This document shows, piece after piece, positions 31,049-41,658 of a stretch of 64,000 bases of DNA. This stretch comes from Nitrospirota bacterium (GTDB taxonomy: Bacteria > Nitrospirota > Thermodesulfovibrionia > Thermodesulfovibrionales > UBA9159): positions 26,965 through 90,964 of the forward strand of contig CAVOUE010000007.1 of assembly GCA_963699545.1 (NCBI GenBank). Reading direction: 5' to 3'. Every line of letters begins with the position of its first letter. The first letter of the stretch is position 1. Under the pieces are notes generated by a model, which made no database searches, was not told the DNA's origin, and saw only the letters and a list, made by a program, of their open reading frames with translations. The translations under genes were made by a program, and so were the position numbers.

Positions 31049-32289
31049 GGGTTCACCGTAAGGATCTTTCTGACAACGTCCGGATAACTCGCAATCAGCC
31101 GGAGTTCGTCGTCGGTGAGTGGTTTCTGTGTATGAAGATTCGCGTACTGGACCAGTTCCAGGATCGTCCTCGCATCATTGTCAGTGCTGAAATGGATCCC
31201 CAGCTTGTCGTACACATGCCTGAAGCCCTTGACCCCGCCGTATTCACCGGTGGTGATGATCCTACCGGTTTCATGCAATTCCAGCTCACCCCTGCCCACG
31301 TCCTCGGGGTCATAAAGCTCATAGCTCCTCCGGTCCTTCAAAGCGCCGTCGGCATGAATGCCCGACTCATGGGCAAAGGCATTTGCCCCCACCCCGGGCT
31401 GATTTATGGGTATCGGGATATGAAAGGCATACGATGCATACTTTGCCATCTTCCATGCCTTTTTCAGGTCAACATGCTCATCCAGGGGGATCTTCGTCTT
31501 CAGCCCGTGGGAGAACTTCAGCGCGAGGATCGTAGAAACGAGGTCGCAATTGCCGGCGCGTTCCCCGTATCCGTTGATCGTCGTATTAATGTAGGCGTCC
31601 ACACCGCTGTCTATCGCTCCCTGGGCCCCTGCCACGGATACCGCCTCAGCCATGCCGAGGTCATTGTGGCAGTGCATCTCGATGGGGAATCTGGTAGCCA
31701 GGGTCAGGGCCTTAATGGTCTCGTATATGGTAATGGGATCGTCCACTCCAAGGGTATCGCAATACCGGAACCTGTCCGCTCCTGCTTCCTTCCCCGCCTG
31801 CACGAATTCGATGAGCTTGCTCAGTTCGGTCCTGGAGGCATCCTCCGCGTTCACACCGAGGGTCTCCACACTCAGCTCCTTCGCACGCTTCACCGATTTC
31901 ACCAGGGAATCCATGATGTCCTTCCAGGTCTTCCTCCCCTGGAATTTTCCCCGGATCATAATGTCCGACGTGGACATGGAGATATTCAGGTGTTTGATCT
32001 CCGGACAGTTCTTGAAGGCCAGCTCGATATCTTCAGGCACCGCCCTGCACCAACCCTCCAGGTGAATCCTCTTTATCGCGCCGACTTTCACCAGTTCAAG
32101 GTTGGCATTCACATAGTTCACTTCATGCTTCAGCGTGGGGAACCCTATCTCGCTCTGGTAAAAACCCATCTCATCCAGATAGAGGTTCAACATGGTCTTT
32201 GAGAGTTTCGGCAGCAGTATCCTCGATGTCTGGACACCGTCCCTATTGGTCACGTCGATGAGATATACTTTGTGGTGCATTAAGGCCAA
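31045..32289 (-). CDS. HMGL-like (DRE-TIM) 2-oxoacid:acetyl-CoA condensing enzyme of the homocitrate/isopropylmalate/Re-citrate synthase family
   Basis: 414-aa [17 protein letters not shown] (variant of the LRDGEQ motif), [15 protein letters not shown] metal and active-site motifs. Its stop overlaps the icd start by 4 nt (ATGA). Confidence 0.8.
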   Translation of the reverse strand: MALMHHKVYLIDVTNRDGVQTSRILLPKLSKTMLNLYLDEMGFYQSEIGFPTLKHEVNYVNANLELVKVGAIKRIHLEGWCRAVPEDIELAFKNCPEIKHLNISMSTSDIMIRGKFQGRKTWKDIMDSLVKSVKRAKELSVETLGVNAEDASRTELSKLIEFVQAGKEAGADRFRYCDTLGVDDPITIYETIKALTLATRFPIEMHCHNDLGMAEAVSVAGAQGAIDSGVDAYINTTINGYGERAGNCDLVSTILALKFSHGLKTKIPLDEHVDLKKAWKMAKYASYAFHIPIPINQPGVGANAFAHESGIHADGALKDRRSYELYDPEDVGRGELELHETGRIITTGEYGGVKGFRHVYDKLGIHFSTDNDARTILELVQYANLHTQKPLTDDELRLIASYPDVVRKILTVNP

Positions 32290-32572
32290 ACCCCTTTCGC
32301 CGGCATTTCGTTTATAATGGAGCGGTATTATAACTAAAAAGCCCCTGAGTATAGCAAGTTATTGCAATTTTCTCCCGGTTATGGACAATGGAATAGAGAC
32401 GGCAGTGTTCTGTTCTCTGGTATTGCATGCCCGCGCGAACGGCGAAAAGGAGGCTGGAGAGGCAAAATCTTCCGCTTTGTTACGGGGGGTTGCCGGGGGG
32501 GTTGAAAAGGACTGGAAAATAAAAAGATTTCTCTGTTAAAATTATAGCCGTCTTTTTGGGGGAGGTGTCCGG

Positions 32573-33307
32573 ATGGAATTTAAAGGTCAGGTTGCCCTCG
32601 TCACCGGGGGTGCACGGGGCATAGGCAGGGCGATAGCAGAAGCCCTTGCCGGAAAAGGCGCTGATATAGTCATCGCTGATATACATCTCGATGAGGCGAA
32701 GGAAACCGCAGCAGCAGTGGCCGGCGTTGGTGTCAGGACCATGGCCGTGCAGCTTGATGTGTCTCACTCAGGGGAGGTGATAAAGACTTTTGGTGCTATC
32801 GTGAAAGAATTCGGGAGGCTGGACATCCTCGTCAATAATGCGGGAATAACCAAGGACAGCCTTCTGCTCAGGATGAAGGAGGAAGACTGGGACGCGGTCA
32901 TCAACGTGAATCTGAAAGGGGTGTTCCTCTGTTCAAAGGAGGCGGTGAGGATTATGGCAAAGCAGCGCTACGGAAGGATCGTGAATATCGCCTCCGTGGT
33001 CGCCTTCATGGGCAATCCCGGACAGGCGAACTACAGCGCCTCAAAGGCGGGCATTGTCGGGTTGACAAAGACCATCGCGAAGGAATATGCGAGCAGAGGG
33101 ATAACCGCCAATGCTGTTGCCCCGGGCTTTATCATGACGGCGATGACCGATGCGCTCCCTGAGAACGTGAAGGATGAAATGAAAAAAGCGATTCCTATGG
33201 CCAGGTTCGGAACCATAGATGATGTTGCTGCCGCTGTCGCATTCCTCGCATCGAACGGATACATCACGGGCCAGGTGGTCCATGTGAACGGCGGTATGTA
33301 TATGTAA
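32573..33307 (+). CDS. fabG: 3-oxoacyl-[acyl-carrier-protein] reductase FabG
   Basis: 244-aa SDR: [23 protein letters not shown], the YSASKAG catalytic motif and a [15 protein letters not shown]-terminus. Lies upstream of acpP. Confidence 0.95.
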   Translation: MEFKGQVALVTGGARGIGRAIAEALAGKGADIVIADIHLDEAKETAAAVAGVGVRTMAVQLDVSHSGEVIKTFGAIVKEFGRLDILVNNAGITKDSLLLRMKEEDWDAVINVNLKGVFLCSKEAVRIMAKQRYGRIVNIASVVAFMGNPGQANYSASKAGIVGLTKTIAKEYASRGITANAVAPGFIMTAMTDALPENVKDEMKKAIPMARFGTIDDVAAAVAFLASNGYITGQVVHVNGGMYM

Positions 33308-33318
33308 GTCGCTGATGA

Positions 33319-33352
33319 GGATTTCAGGTTCATGGCCGAGAACCTGAAATCC
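33319..33352 (+). other. Perfect 13-bp stem-loop in the fabG-acpP spacer
   Basis: GGATTTCAGGTTC (33319-33331), loop ATGGCCGA, GAACCTGAAATCC (33340-33352). No T-tract follows. Confidence 0.6.
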
Positions 33353-33398
33353 CCAGTTGAACATCTGCAATTGTAAAATTTAATAAGGAGGTGCAACG

Positions 33399-33629
33399 AT
33401 GGTTGACGAAAAAGTGAAGGAGATTATCGCAAAACAGCTCGGGGTGAACCCGACGGAAGTGACCCCTGAGGCATCATTTGTAGAGGACCTTGGAGCAGAC
33501 TCACTGGATACCGTGGAACTCGTCATGGCGTTTGAAGAGGCATTCAACATAGAGATACCTGACGAGGACGCCGAAAAGATCGCGAAGGTGAAAGACGCGG
33601 TTGAGTATATCAAGAACAAGATGGCATAG
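33399..33629 (+). CDS. acpP: Acyl carrier protein
   Basis: 76-aa ORF with the [19 protein letters not shown] phosphopantetheine attachment motif. AAGGAGG RBS. Confidence 0.96.
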   Translation: MVDEKVKEIIAKQLGVNPTEVTPEASFVEDLGADSLDTVELVMAFEEAFNIEIPDEDAEKIAKVKDAVEYIKNKMA

Positions 33630-33644
33630 GGTTTTGTAAAGAGC

Positions 33645-34884
33645 ATGGAAAGACGTCGCGTTGTTGTAACAGGATTGGGACTGGTCACCCCTCTGGGGAC
33701 AGGAGTGAAGGCTTCCTGGGAGGCACTGCTCGAAGGGAGATCGGGGATAGGTGTCATCAGGACCTTTGATTCCTCGGATCTCCCGGTCCATATCGCAGGA
33801 GAGGTGAAGGACTTTGATCCGCTCCGGTATATAGAGCCGAAGGAAGTGAAGAAGATGGACCGGTTCATTCACTTCGCTGTCGCTGCTTCCACCATGGCGA
33901 TGGAGGATTCAGGCCTGAAGATCACACCGGAGAACGCGGAGAGGGTCGGTGTCATTATCGGCTCCGGCATGGGAGGCCTTCCCGCAATAGAGCACTATCA
34001 CAAGACCTATCTCGAAAAAGGGTACCGGAGGATCAGCCCGTTCTTTATCCCGATGCTTATCATCAACCTCGCATCCGGGCAGGTCTCCATAAAGTTCGGG
34101 GCAAAGGGCCCGAACTCTGCGGTAGCCACAGCATGCGCAACGGGAAGCCATGCGATAGGAGACGCCTATAAGGTCATCCAGCGGGGCGATGCCGATGTGA
34201 TGATCGCGGGAGGCACCGAGTCGGTGATCACCCCTATGGCTATCGGGGGATTCGCCGTGATGAAGGCGCTCTCTACGCGGAATGAAGATCCCGGGCATGC
34301 AAGCAGACCCTTTGACAGCGGCAGGGACGGGTTTGTCATGGGCGAAGGGGCCGGGATCGTGATCCTCGAATCCCTCGATAACGCGACGAAGAGGAATGCA
34401 AAGGTCTATGCGGAGATCGCCGGCTACGGCATGACCAGCGACGCGTATCACATCACCTCCCCGGCGCCTGAAGGTGCAGGTGCAGCGGCCTGCATGAAAG
34501 CGACCCTCAAGGATGCGGGAGTTCTCCCCTGAGATGGTCGATTATATCAACGCGCACGGGACATCGACAAAATACGGCGACGAACTGGAAACAGCGGCCA
34601 TCAAGAAGGTCTTTAAAGAACACGCTTACAAGCTCTCGGTGAGTTCCACAAAATCCATGACCGGACATCTTCTCGGCGCCGCGGGAGGTGTGGAGACCGT
34701 TATTGCTGTCCTCAGCGTCCGGAACAATGTGATCCCTCCCACCATCAACCTCGACAATCCCGATCCGGAATGCGACCTCGATTATGTTCCCCACAAGCCG
34801 AGGCACAGGGATGTGGAATGCGCACTCTCTAACTCCTTTGGGTTTGGCGGGACAAATGCCTGTTCTCCTCTTCAAGAAATTTAG
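33645..34884 (+). pseudogene. fabF: 3-oxoacyl-[ACP] synthase II FabF, one frame break as assembled
   Basis: RRVVVTGLGLVTPLG.. with active-site ATACATGSHAIG (ORF 33645..34532) continues as [19 protein letters not shown]...[11 protein letters not shown] (ORF 34513..34884). The switch is at about 34521-34530. Confidence 0.9.
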
Positions 34885-35573
34885 AAACGCTTGAAAGGAA
34901 CCTCGGCTACTCCTTTAAGGACAGGACGCTCCTCATCGAGGCACTGACCCACCGGTCATACCACCACGAGAACCCGGAAAGGGTGTCTTCCTACAATGAG
35001 CGGCTCGAGTTCATAGGCGACTCGGTCCTCGGGCTCGTCGTGGTCGAATATCTCTTCCGCTACAGCAAGGATTTTTCAGAATCGGAGATGTCGGAGATCA
35101 AATCCTTTATCGTGAGGGGTTCCCTGCTTTCCGAGATAGCAGCAGGCGCATCCCTCGGCACGCATGTGCGGTTGGGGAGAGGAGAGGAAGAGACAGGAGG
35201 AAGGGCCAAGGGATCCATTCTCGCCAATGCCATGGAAGCGGTTTTTGGCGCTGTTTATCTCGATGGGGGGTATGAGGCTGCAAGGAATTTTATCCTCCAC
35301 CTTCTGAGGGAAAGGATCATAGCGGTGATATCCTCCGGCCAGTACCACAACTTCAAGACGGAGCTCCAGGAGGAAAGCCAGATGCGTTTCGGGGTGCTGC
35401 CAGAGTACCGGATCGTAAGCCAGGAAGGGGAGGAACATCGCAAGACTTTCACTGCGGATGTTTCTATCGCGGGAAAAACGTTCGGGCGCGGCGCAGGAAA
35501 GAACAAGAAGGAAGCCCAGACCGCAGCTGCGAAAGAGGCGATGGAGAGATTAAAAAAGGACCCGGCGCCGTAG
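34845..35573 (+). CDS. rnc: Ribonuclease III
   Basis: [24 protein letters not shown]....[16 protein letters not shown] (RNase III signature) plus a C-terminal dsRBD ([20 protein letters not shown]). Homology extends upstream of the track start (34983). I place the start at the in-frame TTG 34845, overlapping the fabF end. The start is uncertain. Confidence 0.85.
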   Translation, partial: WRDKCLFSSSRNLETLERNLGYSFKDRTLLIEALTHRSYHHENPERVSSYNERLEFIGDSVLGLVVVEYLFRYSKDFSESEMSEIKSFIVRGSLLSEIAAGASLGTHVRLGRGEEETGGRAKGSILANAMEAVFGAVYLDGGYEAARNFILHLLRERIIAVISSGQYHNFKTELQEESQMRFGVLPEYRIVSQEGEEHRKTFTADVSIAGKTFGRGAGKNKKEAQTAAAKEAMERLKKDPAP

Positions 35574-35606
35574 TGTGACCGTTCGATACCTCAAGAGCGC
35601 TACCCC

Positions 35607-36023
35607 TTATCTGCCAGACGACTCAGCATACCCGCCGCCGGTTTCGAGGACCACAAAAGCGATGCCGTAATCCCGTTCGTGGCTCAGGCTGAGGTGCGCT
35701 TTCCGCAGAGCTTTGTCTCTGAAGAGTTCTTCAAGCCTGCCCTTCGGTCGTATGCAGGGAGCGCCGTTCTCCCCGCTCACCACCTCGATATCCGTGAGGG
35801 GAATGAATGGTGATGAACCCATGGCCTTTATCAATGCTTCTTTTGCGGCGAACCGAACGGACAGGGAAGGATAGGGATTGTTCTTTCTGCGGCAGTACGA
35901 GATCTCGTTTCCGGTGAAGACCCTCTGGAGGAATTTTTCCCCCCACCTTTCCACCGCTTCCTTCATCCTCTCAACTTTTACGATATCTATGCCGATTCCG
36001 TAAATCATATCAACAGGGTTCAA
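35607..36023 (-). CDS. acpS: Holo-[acyl-carrier-protein] synthase AcpS
   Basis: [15 protein letters not shown].. and ..[10 protein letters not shown].. are AcpS motifs. The TTG at 36023 overlaps the pdxJ stop (TTGA). An alternative ATG at 36008 is equally plausible. Confidence 0.87.
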   Translation of the reverse strand: MNPVDMIYGIGIDIVKVERMKEAVERWGEKFLQRVFTGNEISYCRRKNNPYPSLSVRFAAKEALIKAMGSSPFIPLTDIEVVSGENGAPCIRPKGRLEELFRDKALRKAHLSLSHERDYGIAFVVLETGGGYAESSGR

Positions 36024-36730
36024 GGGTTTATTAGTTCCCCCATCTCCCTCACCGCCCGTTCCATTCCCACAAGCACCGCCCTGGAAACAATGCTGTGCCC
36101 TATGTAAAGCCCCCTCAGTCCCTCAATACACGCCACAGGCTTTACATTGAAATAATTGAGCCCATGCCCTGCGTTGGCCTTCAATCCGCCCTGCCCTGCC
36201 ACCTTCACCGCATCCCCGACCCGCAGCAGTTCCCTCTTCTCTTTCGGGCCTCTCGCATTGGCATAGAGACCGGTATGTATCTCCACCATATCGGCGCCGA
36301 GGTTCCGTGCGATATCAACGTCCATAGTGGAGGGGTTAATGAAGAGACTGACCGGAATCCCCGCGCCATGGATCTTCCTGATCGCCTTAGCGATGTTCGC
36401 CTTCCGGCCCGCCAGATCAAGGCCGCCCTCCGTGGTCAGTTCCTGGCGCTTCTCAGGGACAAGGGTGACCATGTCAGGCTTTATCGACACGGCGATCCTG
36501 ATCATCTCGTCCGTGGCCGCCATTTCAAGGTTCAGTTCCACCGGCACCGTTTCCCTCAGGAGTTTCAGGTCCCTGTCCCTTATATGGCGCCGGTCTTCCC
36601 TGAGATGCACGGTAATACCATCCGCGCCGCCAAGGATCGCAAGAGTCGCAGCCATGACAGGGTCAGGCTCGGCCCCCTTCCTCGCCTCCCTGATGGTCGC
36701 GATATGGTCAACATTCACCCCGAGAATCAT
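36020..36730 (-). CDS. pdxJ: Pyridoxine 5'-phosphate synthase PdxJ
   Basis: [25 protein letters not shown]...[12 protein letters not shown]...[13 protein letters not shown], 236 aa from the ATG at 36730. The track's 457-aa ORF extends spuriously upstream through the intergenic region. Confidence 0.92.
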   Translation of the reverse strand: MILGVNVDHIATIREARKGAEPDPVMAATLAILGGADGITVHLREDRRHIRDRDLKLLRETVPVELNLEMAATDEMIRIAVSIKPDMVTLVPEKRQELTTEGGLDLAGRKANIAKAIRKIHGAGIPVSLFINPSTMDVDIARNLGADMVEIHTGLYANARGPKEKRELLRVGDAVKVAGQGGLKANAGHGLNYFNVKPVACIEGLRGLYIGHSIVSRAVLVGMERAVREMGELINP

Positions 36731-37024
36731 GGACAGCCTCCTTGTGAACATATGCCGCTTGCTCACTCTAGATAATAACGGAATCAGGTAAAATTTGCCA
36801 TATCCCGCCGGAAAACGGGGTTGGGCGAACATTGTCATTTGCTCAAGGTTACCGTATACTAACTGAAGGGTGAGACGCAAGACTCTCCCGCTCATGGGAG
36901 GCGCGGCATGAAGAATACGGACGCTTGGCTCTCTCTTTCCGTCACCATCGCATATCTCCCGGCACATTGCTCCGGAAATCCAGTGTCTTGAGGGAATGAA
37001 TCCATTGCGGAAGGAACCTGAATA

Positions 37025-39337
37025 ATGGTAAAAGCAAGAATCCTTGTGGTCGAAGATGAAAAGCTGCTTTCCGAGGAGATACGGCACATGCTGGAAAGAC
37101 TCGGATATGAAATTGCCGGCATCGCTTCCTCCGGAGAGGACGCGATCGGCAGGGCGGCGGCAACACACCCAGATCTGGCGCTGATGGATATCGTGCTTAA
37201 AGGGAGTGTGGACGGGGTGAAGGCCGCTGAACATATCAGCGCGCGTCTCGACATCCCCGTGGTGTATCTTTCTGCACATGCGGACGAAACGACGTTGCAC
37301 CGGCTGAAGATAACAGAGCCGTACGGCTACATTCTCAAGCCGTTTGACGAAAGAGAACTGCATACCAATATCGAGATAGCCCTCTACAGACACCGGACGG
37401 AAAGGACGTTAAGGGAGAGCGGGGAAATACTACGGGTATCTCTCGAAAGGGCCGAAACGGAAACAGCCAGGGCAGAGGCGATCATTGCAGCCATTGGAGA
37501 CGGAATGAGCATTCAGGATACCGACTACAAGATCTTATATCAAAATCAGATCCATAAAGCTTTGGTCGGGGATCACGTTGGCGAGTACTGCTACAAAGCA
37601 TACGACTTTAGAGACGATGTTTGTGAGGGCTGTCCTGTGGCACTGTCTTTTAAGGACGGCAAGACCCACACCGTGGAAAAGAGCAACCCCACAAGGAAAT
37701 TGCTCGTTGAGATCACTGCGTCACCCGTAAAAGATGCATCCGGCAAGATCATAGCAGGAATCGAGATTGCGAGGGACATTACCCGGCGCAAGCAGTCGGA
37801 GGAGGCGCTGCGGGAAAGTGAAGAACGCTACCGCAACCTCTTTGAGAACGCCCATGACATGATACAGAGCGTGGACGCAGAAGGAAAGTTCATTTTCGTG
37901 AACAGCTCATGGTTGAGGATCCTGGGGTATACTGCGGAGGACCTTCAGAAGATGACCCTGTTTGGTATTCTCCACCGGGACTGCAAAGATCACTGCATGG
38001 CCGTCTTCGGGAAGGTACTGAGCGGTGAAGCCGTGGACAATATTGAGGGAACGTTCGTTGCAAAAGACGGGCGGCCGGTCCATGTTGAAGGGAATGTGAG
38101 CGTGCGCTCAGCCGGCGGAAAAGTGATCGCCACCCAGGGGATCTTCCGCGACGTAACCGAGCGCAAGAAAGCAGAAGCGGAAAGGGAGAAGTTGGAAGTG
38201 CAACTCCTCCATGCCCAGAAGATGGAAGCCATCGGGACGCTGACGGGCGGCATCGCCCATGAATTCAACAATATCATGACCGTGATCATGGGCTATGGTG
38301 AGTTCCTGCAGGAGGGACTGGACAAGGATAACCCGTTATCCCATTATGTCGACTTGATGCAGGCTTCTGCTATTCGGGCAACCCAGCTGACGCGGAGTTT
38401 GCTGGCATACAGCAGGAAACAGATCATCAATCCCCGACCGGTGAATTTGGACGATACGGTGCAGAACGTGGGAAGACTTCTCTCGAAGCTGATCGGTGAG
38501 AACATAGAGCTCAGGATTACCTCTGCGGACGATGGGATAAGTATAATGGCGGATTCCGGCCAGATAGAGCAAGTGCTGATCAACCTTGCCACAAACGCAA
38601 GGGACGCCATGCCCGGAGGAGGGTTGCTGACCATTCGTACCGCCCCCATCACGCTGGACCATGAATTTGTGATAAGGCACGGGTACGGGAAACCCGGAAG
38701 GTATGCCGCGATATCGGTCAGCGATAGCGGCATTGGCATGGATGACAAGACAAGGGAAAGGATATTTGAGCCGTTCTTTACCACCAAGGAATCGGGCAAG
38801 GGCACGGGACTCGGGCTTGCCATGGTCTACGGGATAGTCAAACAGCACGACGGGTATATCAACGTATACAGTGAACCGGGGAAAGGCACAACCTTCAAAA
38901 TATTCCTGCCTTTGACCAAACCTGGGGAAGGGTCGAAAACGGCTGTCCTCCCCCCTGCCAGGCGGGGCACGGAAACGGTCCTCGTTGCAGAAGATGATGC
39001 GGCGGTGAGAAGACTCACAAGGGATGTCCTCGAGAAAGCAGGGTACAAGGTCATCGTGGCGGAAGACGGTGAAGATGCGCTCCATAAGTTCCTTGAGAGC
39101 AGGGACGACATCAGTCTGCTCGTTCTTGACGTAATGATGCCCAAGAAGACCGGCCAGGAGGCTTTTCAGGAGATCAGAAAGGTGAAACCGGACGTGAAGG
39201 CGCTGTTCATGAGCGGTTATACGACCGATCTCCTGCAAAGGGACTGGACCCTGGAAGAGGGAATGACCTTTTTGCCGAAACCCGTCTCACCCAATGAGCT
39301 TGCGAGAAAGGTGAGGGACCTTCTGGACAACGGATAA
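37025..39337 (+). CDS. Soluble hybrid sensor histidine kinase: REC - PAS - PAS - HisKA - HATPase_c - REC
   Basis: 770 aa. N-terminal receiver (ILVVEDE..DLALMDI..LKP), two PAS regions, H-box [14 protein letters not shown] boxes ([24 protein letters not shown]) and a C-terminal receiver ([20 protein letters not shown]). No TM segment. Confidence 0.9.
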   Translation: MVKARILVVEDEKLLSEEIRHMLERLGYEIAGIASSGEDAIGRAAATHPDLALMDIVLKGSVDGVKAAEHISARLDIPVVYLSAHADETTLHRLKITEPYGYILKPFDERELHTNIEIALYRHRTERTLRESGEILRVSLERAETETARAEAIIAAIGDGMSIQDTDYKILYQNQIHKALVGDHVGEYCYKAYDFRDDVCEGCPVALSFKDGKTHTVEKSNPTRKLLVEITASPVKDASGKIIAGIEIARDITRRKQSEEALRESEERYRNLFENAHDMIQSVDAEGKFIFVNSSWLRILGYTAEDLQKMTLFGILHRDCKDHCMAVFGKVLSGEAVDNIEGTFVAKDGRPVHVEGNVSVRSAGGKVIATQGIFRDVTERKKAEAEREKLEVQLLHAQKMEAIGTLTGGIAHEFNNIMTVIMGYGEFLQEGLDKDNPLSHYVDLMQASAIRATQLTRSLLAYSRKQIINPRPVNLDDTVQNVGRLLSKLIGENIELRITSADDGISIMADSGQIEQVLINLATNARDAMPGGGLLTIRTAPITLDHEFVIRHGYGKPGRYAAISVSDSGIGMDDKTRERIFEPFFTTKESGKGTGLGLAMVYGIVKQHDGYINVYSEPGKGTTFKIFLPLTKPGEGSKTAVLPPARRGTETVLVAEDDAAVRRLTRDVLEKAGYKVIVAEDGEDALHKFLESRDDISLLVLDVMMPKKTGQEAFQEIRKVKPDVKALFMSGYTTDLLQRDWTLEEGMTFLPKPVSPNELARKVRDLLDNG

Positions 39338-39341
39338 CACG

Positions 39342-40874
39342 ATGAACAAGGTCCTCATCATCGATGATGAAGATGTAACGCGGAACACGTTTTCCGAAGT
39401 CCTCCGTTCATATCATTTTTCCACACTCGAGGCGTGCGACGGCAGAAGCGGGATCGGCGTATTTGAGAAAGAAATGCCGGATGCGGTTCTCCTTGACCTT
39501 CAGATGCCGGGTATGGACGGCATAGAGACGATGCAAGAAATGAAGAAGGTCGATCCCGATGTCCCCATCATCTTTGTAACCGGACATGGTGATATTCCCT
39601 CCGCGGTGGAAGCGGTCAAAATGGGGGCCTATGACTTCATTGTGAAGCCTCCAGACTATAGGATGCTCGTTCCTGCCATCGACAGGGCGGTCGCCCAACT
39701 GAGGCTGAAGAGAGAGAATGCAGCGGTCGGAGTTCAGCTCCTTGAGACCGAGGCCGCCAACAGGGAACTGAGAATAGAGATCACCGAGCGAAAGAGAGCC
39801 GAGGGTGCACTAAGAAAGAGTGAAGAGAACTATCGTAATCTGATTGAGACAATGAGCGAGGGACTGGGGGTTCAAGACAAGAACGGGTTGATCGTCTTTA
39901 TGAACAAGCGGGCTTGTGAGATACTTGGATATGAATTGGAAGAATTGATCGGCAAGCCGATCACCTCAGTGTACGATGAAGAAAACCAGAAAATCCTCCG
40001 GGAACAGATGGCGCAAAGACACGAGGGAAAACGCCAAAGTTATGAGATTGCCTGGACACGCAAGGACGGAGGGAAAATATTCACCATCATTGCGCCAAGT
40101 CCGCTTTTCGATGAAAGAGGGAACTATGAGGGAAGTATTGCAATCTTTACCGACATCAGCGACCGGAAACTCACTGAAGAGGCCTTGCAGCAATATGCCC
40201 GGGAAATGAAGAATCTTTCCTCCCATTTGGTGAACGTTCAAGAAGCAGAGCGCCGCCAGGTGGCGCGAGAACTTCACGATGAGATAGGTCAGGCTTTGAC
40301 CGGACTTAATTTCACCCTGGAGACAATGGAGAGTTTGCCGGAAGAGCTGATAAGGAACGAGTTGAAAAAGGCACACGCTCAGGTTGATGAATTGATGAGC
40401 CGTGTGCGCGACATGTCGCTCAGTCTTCGCCCGTCAATGCTTGACGACCTCGGCCTTCTCCCTGCATTGCTGTGGCACTTCAGGAGATACACTGCCCAGA
40501 CCAATATCCATGTAACGTTCAAGCACAGCCGCCTGGATGGCCGCTTTGAGCCGGAAATCGAGACAGCCGTTTACCGGGTGGTGCAGGAGGCCTTGACGAA
40601 TGTTGCCCGCCATGCCTCAACGGATAAAGCAGAAGTGTTGCTTATGCTCGAGAACGACGCTCTGGAGATACGCGTCCAGGACAGCGGCAAAGGCTTCGAT
40701 CCGGGCGCCGCATCGGCCAGGGGAGATACCTCGGGTCTCTCCGGAATGCGTGAGCGGGCGGAACTCTTGGGGGGGAGGATGACCATCGAATCCGCACCCG
40801 GAACCGGGACCTCCCTGACAGTCAGGGTTCCCTTGCGGGAGCGAAGCCCGCAGAAGCCTTCAGAGGATGCATGA
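39342..40874 (+). CDS. Soluble sensor kinase: REC - PAS - HisKA_3 - HATPase_c (NarL-partner type)
   Basis: 510 aa. Receiver (VLIIDDE..VLLDLQMPGMDG..KP), PAS, then the HisKA_3 H-box ARELHDEIGQALT and an ATPase (VQEALTNVARHA..DSGKGF..GLSGMRERA). Starts 5 nt after the preceding gene. Confidence 0.87.
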   Translation: MNKVLIIDDEDVTRNTFSEVLRSYHFSTLEACDGRSGIGVFEKEMPDAVLLDLQMPGMDGIETMQEMKKVDPDVPIIFVTGHGDIPSAVEAVKMGAYDFIVKPPDYRMLVPAIDRAVAQLRLKRENAAVGVQLLETEAANRELRIEITERKRAEGALRKSEENYRNLIETMSEGLGVQDKNGLIVFMNKRACEILGYELEELIGKPITSVYDEENQKILREQMAQRHEGKRQSYEIAWTRKDGGKIFTIIAPSPLFDERGNYEGSIAIFTDISDRKLTEEALQQYAREMKNLSSHLVNVQEAERRQVARELHDEIGQALTGLNFTLETMESLPEELIRNELKKAHAQVDELMSRVRDMSLSLRPSMLDDLGLLPALLWHFRRYTAQTNIHVTFKHSRLDGRFEPEIETAVYRVVQEALTNVARHASTDKAEVLLMLENDALEIRVQDSGKGFDPGAASARGDTSGLSGMRERAELLGGRMTIESAPGTGTSLTVRVPLRERSPQKPSEDA

Positions 40875-41521
40875 TAACTGTAGTTCTGGCTGATGATCAC
40901 CAGATCGTAAGGCAAGGCATCAGGGCGCTGCTTGAAAAACAGCCTGATTTCAAAGTCATCGGCGAAGCTGAAGACGGACTTGGGGCCGTTCATCTTGTTG
41001 AGGAGCTGAAACCCCGCGTCTTGATCCTGGACCTGATGATGCCGGGGATTAACGGTATCGAAGTAACGCAGCGCGTCAAGAAAATCTCGCCTCTTACCGG
41101 TGTGGTGATCCTCTCCATGTACGAAAACATAGCGTATGTCGCCGAAAGTCTCAAGAACGGAGCGGATGGTTATGTCCTCAAGGGTTCATCAGGAAACGAC
41201 CTGGTTCAGGCGGTGACCGAGGTAATCGCAGGGCATCGTCACCTGAGCGCACCTCTTACCGAAGACGATGTTGCGGCGTACGTCGAAATGAGTGAGACCT
41301 CACGGCTCGACCCATACGATACGCTCACCGCCCGCGAGCGTGAAGTCCTCCACATGGCAGCCGAAGGTCTCAGCAGCGCTGAAATAGCCGACCGACTCTC
41401 CATTAGCCCCCGAACCGTTGAGATCCATCGCGCAAATATGATGCGCAAGCTTCGCTTTCATAGGCAGACCGAGCTTGTGCATTACGCCATACAGCGAGGG
41501 ATCCTGCCTTTGGATAAGTAA
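40871..41521 (+). CDS. NarL/LuxR family response regulator (REC + HTH_LuxR)
   Basis: 216 aa. ITVVLADDHQIVRQG, ILDLMMPGINGIE, with a C-terminal LTAREREVLHMAAEGLSSAEIADRLSISPRTVEIHRANMMRKL. Overlaps the upstream kinase stop by 4 nt. Confidence 0.92.
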   Translation: MITVVLADDHQIVRQGIRALLEKQPDFKVIGEAEDGLGAVHLVEELKPRVLILDLMMPGINGIEVTQRVKKISPLTGVVILSMYENIAYVAESLKNGADGYVLKGSSGNDLVQAVTEVIAGHRHLSAPLTEDDVAAYVEMSETSRLDPYDTLTAREREVLHMAAEGLSSAEIADRLSISPRTVEIHRANMMRKLRFHRQTELVHYAIQRGILPLDK

Positions 41522-41658
41522 GGCACCTGGAAGGGCACCGCCTTTCTCCTCCCACAATTTTTCCCCTGAAGTTCAATAGTTAGACAGCTGATTACGTAGA
41601 GATACGTATGGACAATACCTGTAAACATAACTAGCATTTTAATTATAGGCAACTAACA

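Noticed and set aside
36731-37393. N-terminal 220 aa of the 457-aa track ORF 36020..37393, which would make a large fusion protein ending in PdxJ
   Set aside because: Only the last 236 aa match PdxJ, and they begin at their own ATG (36730). The upstream part runs through the divergent intergenic region and antisense to the first 370 nt of the hybrid kinase gene. It has no recognisable motifs.
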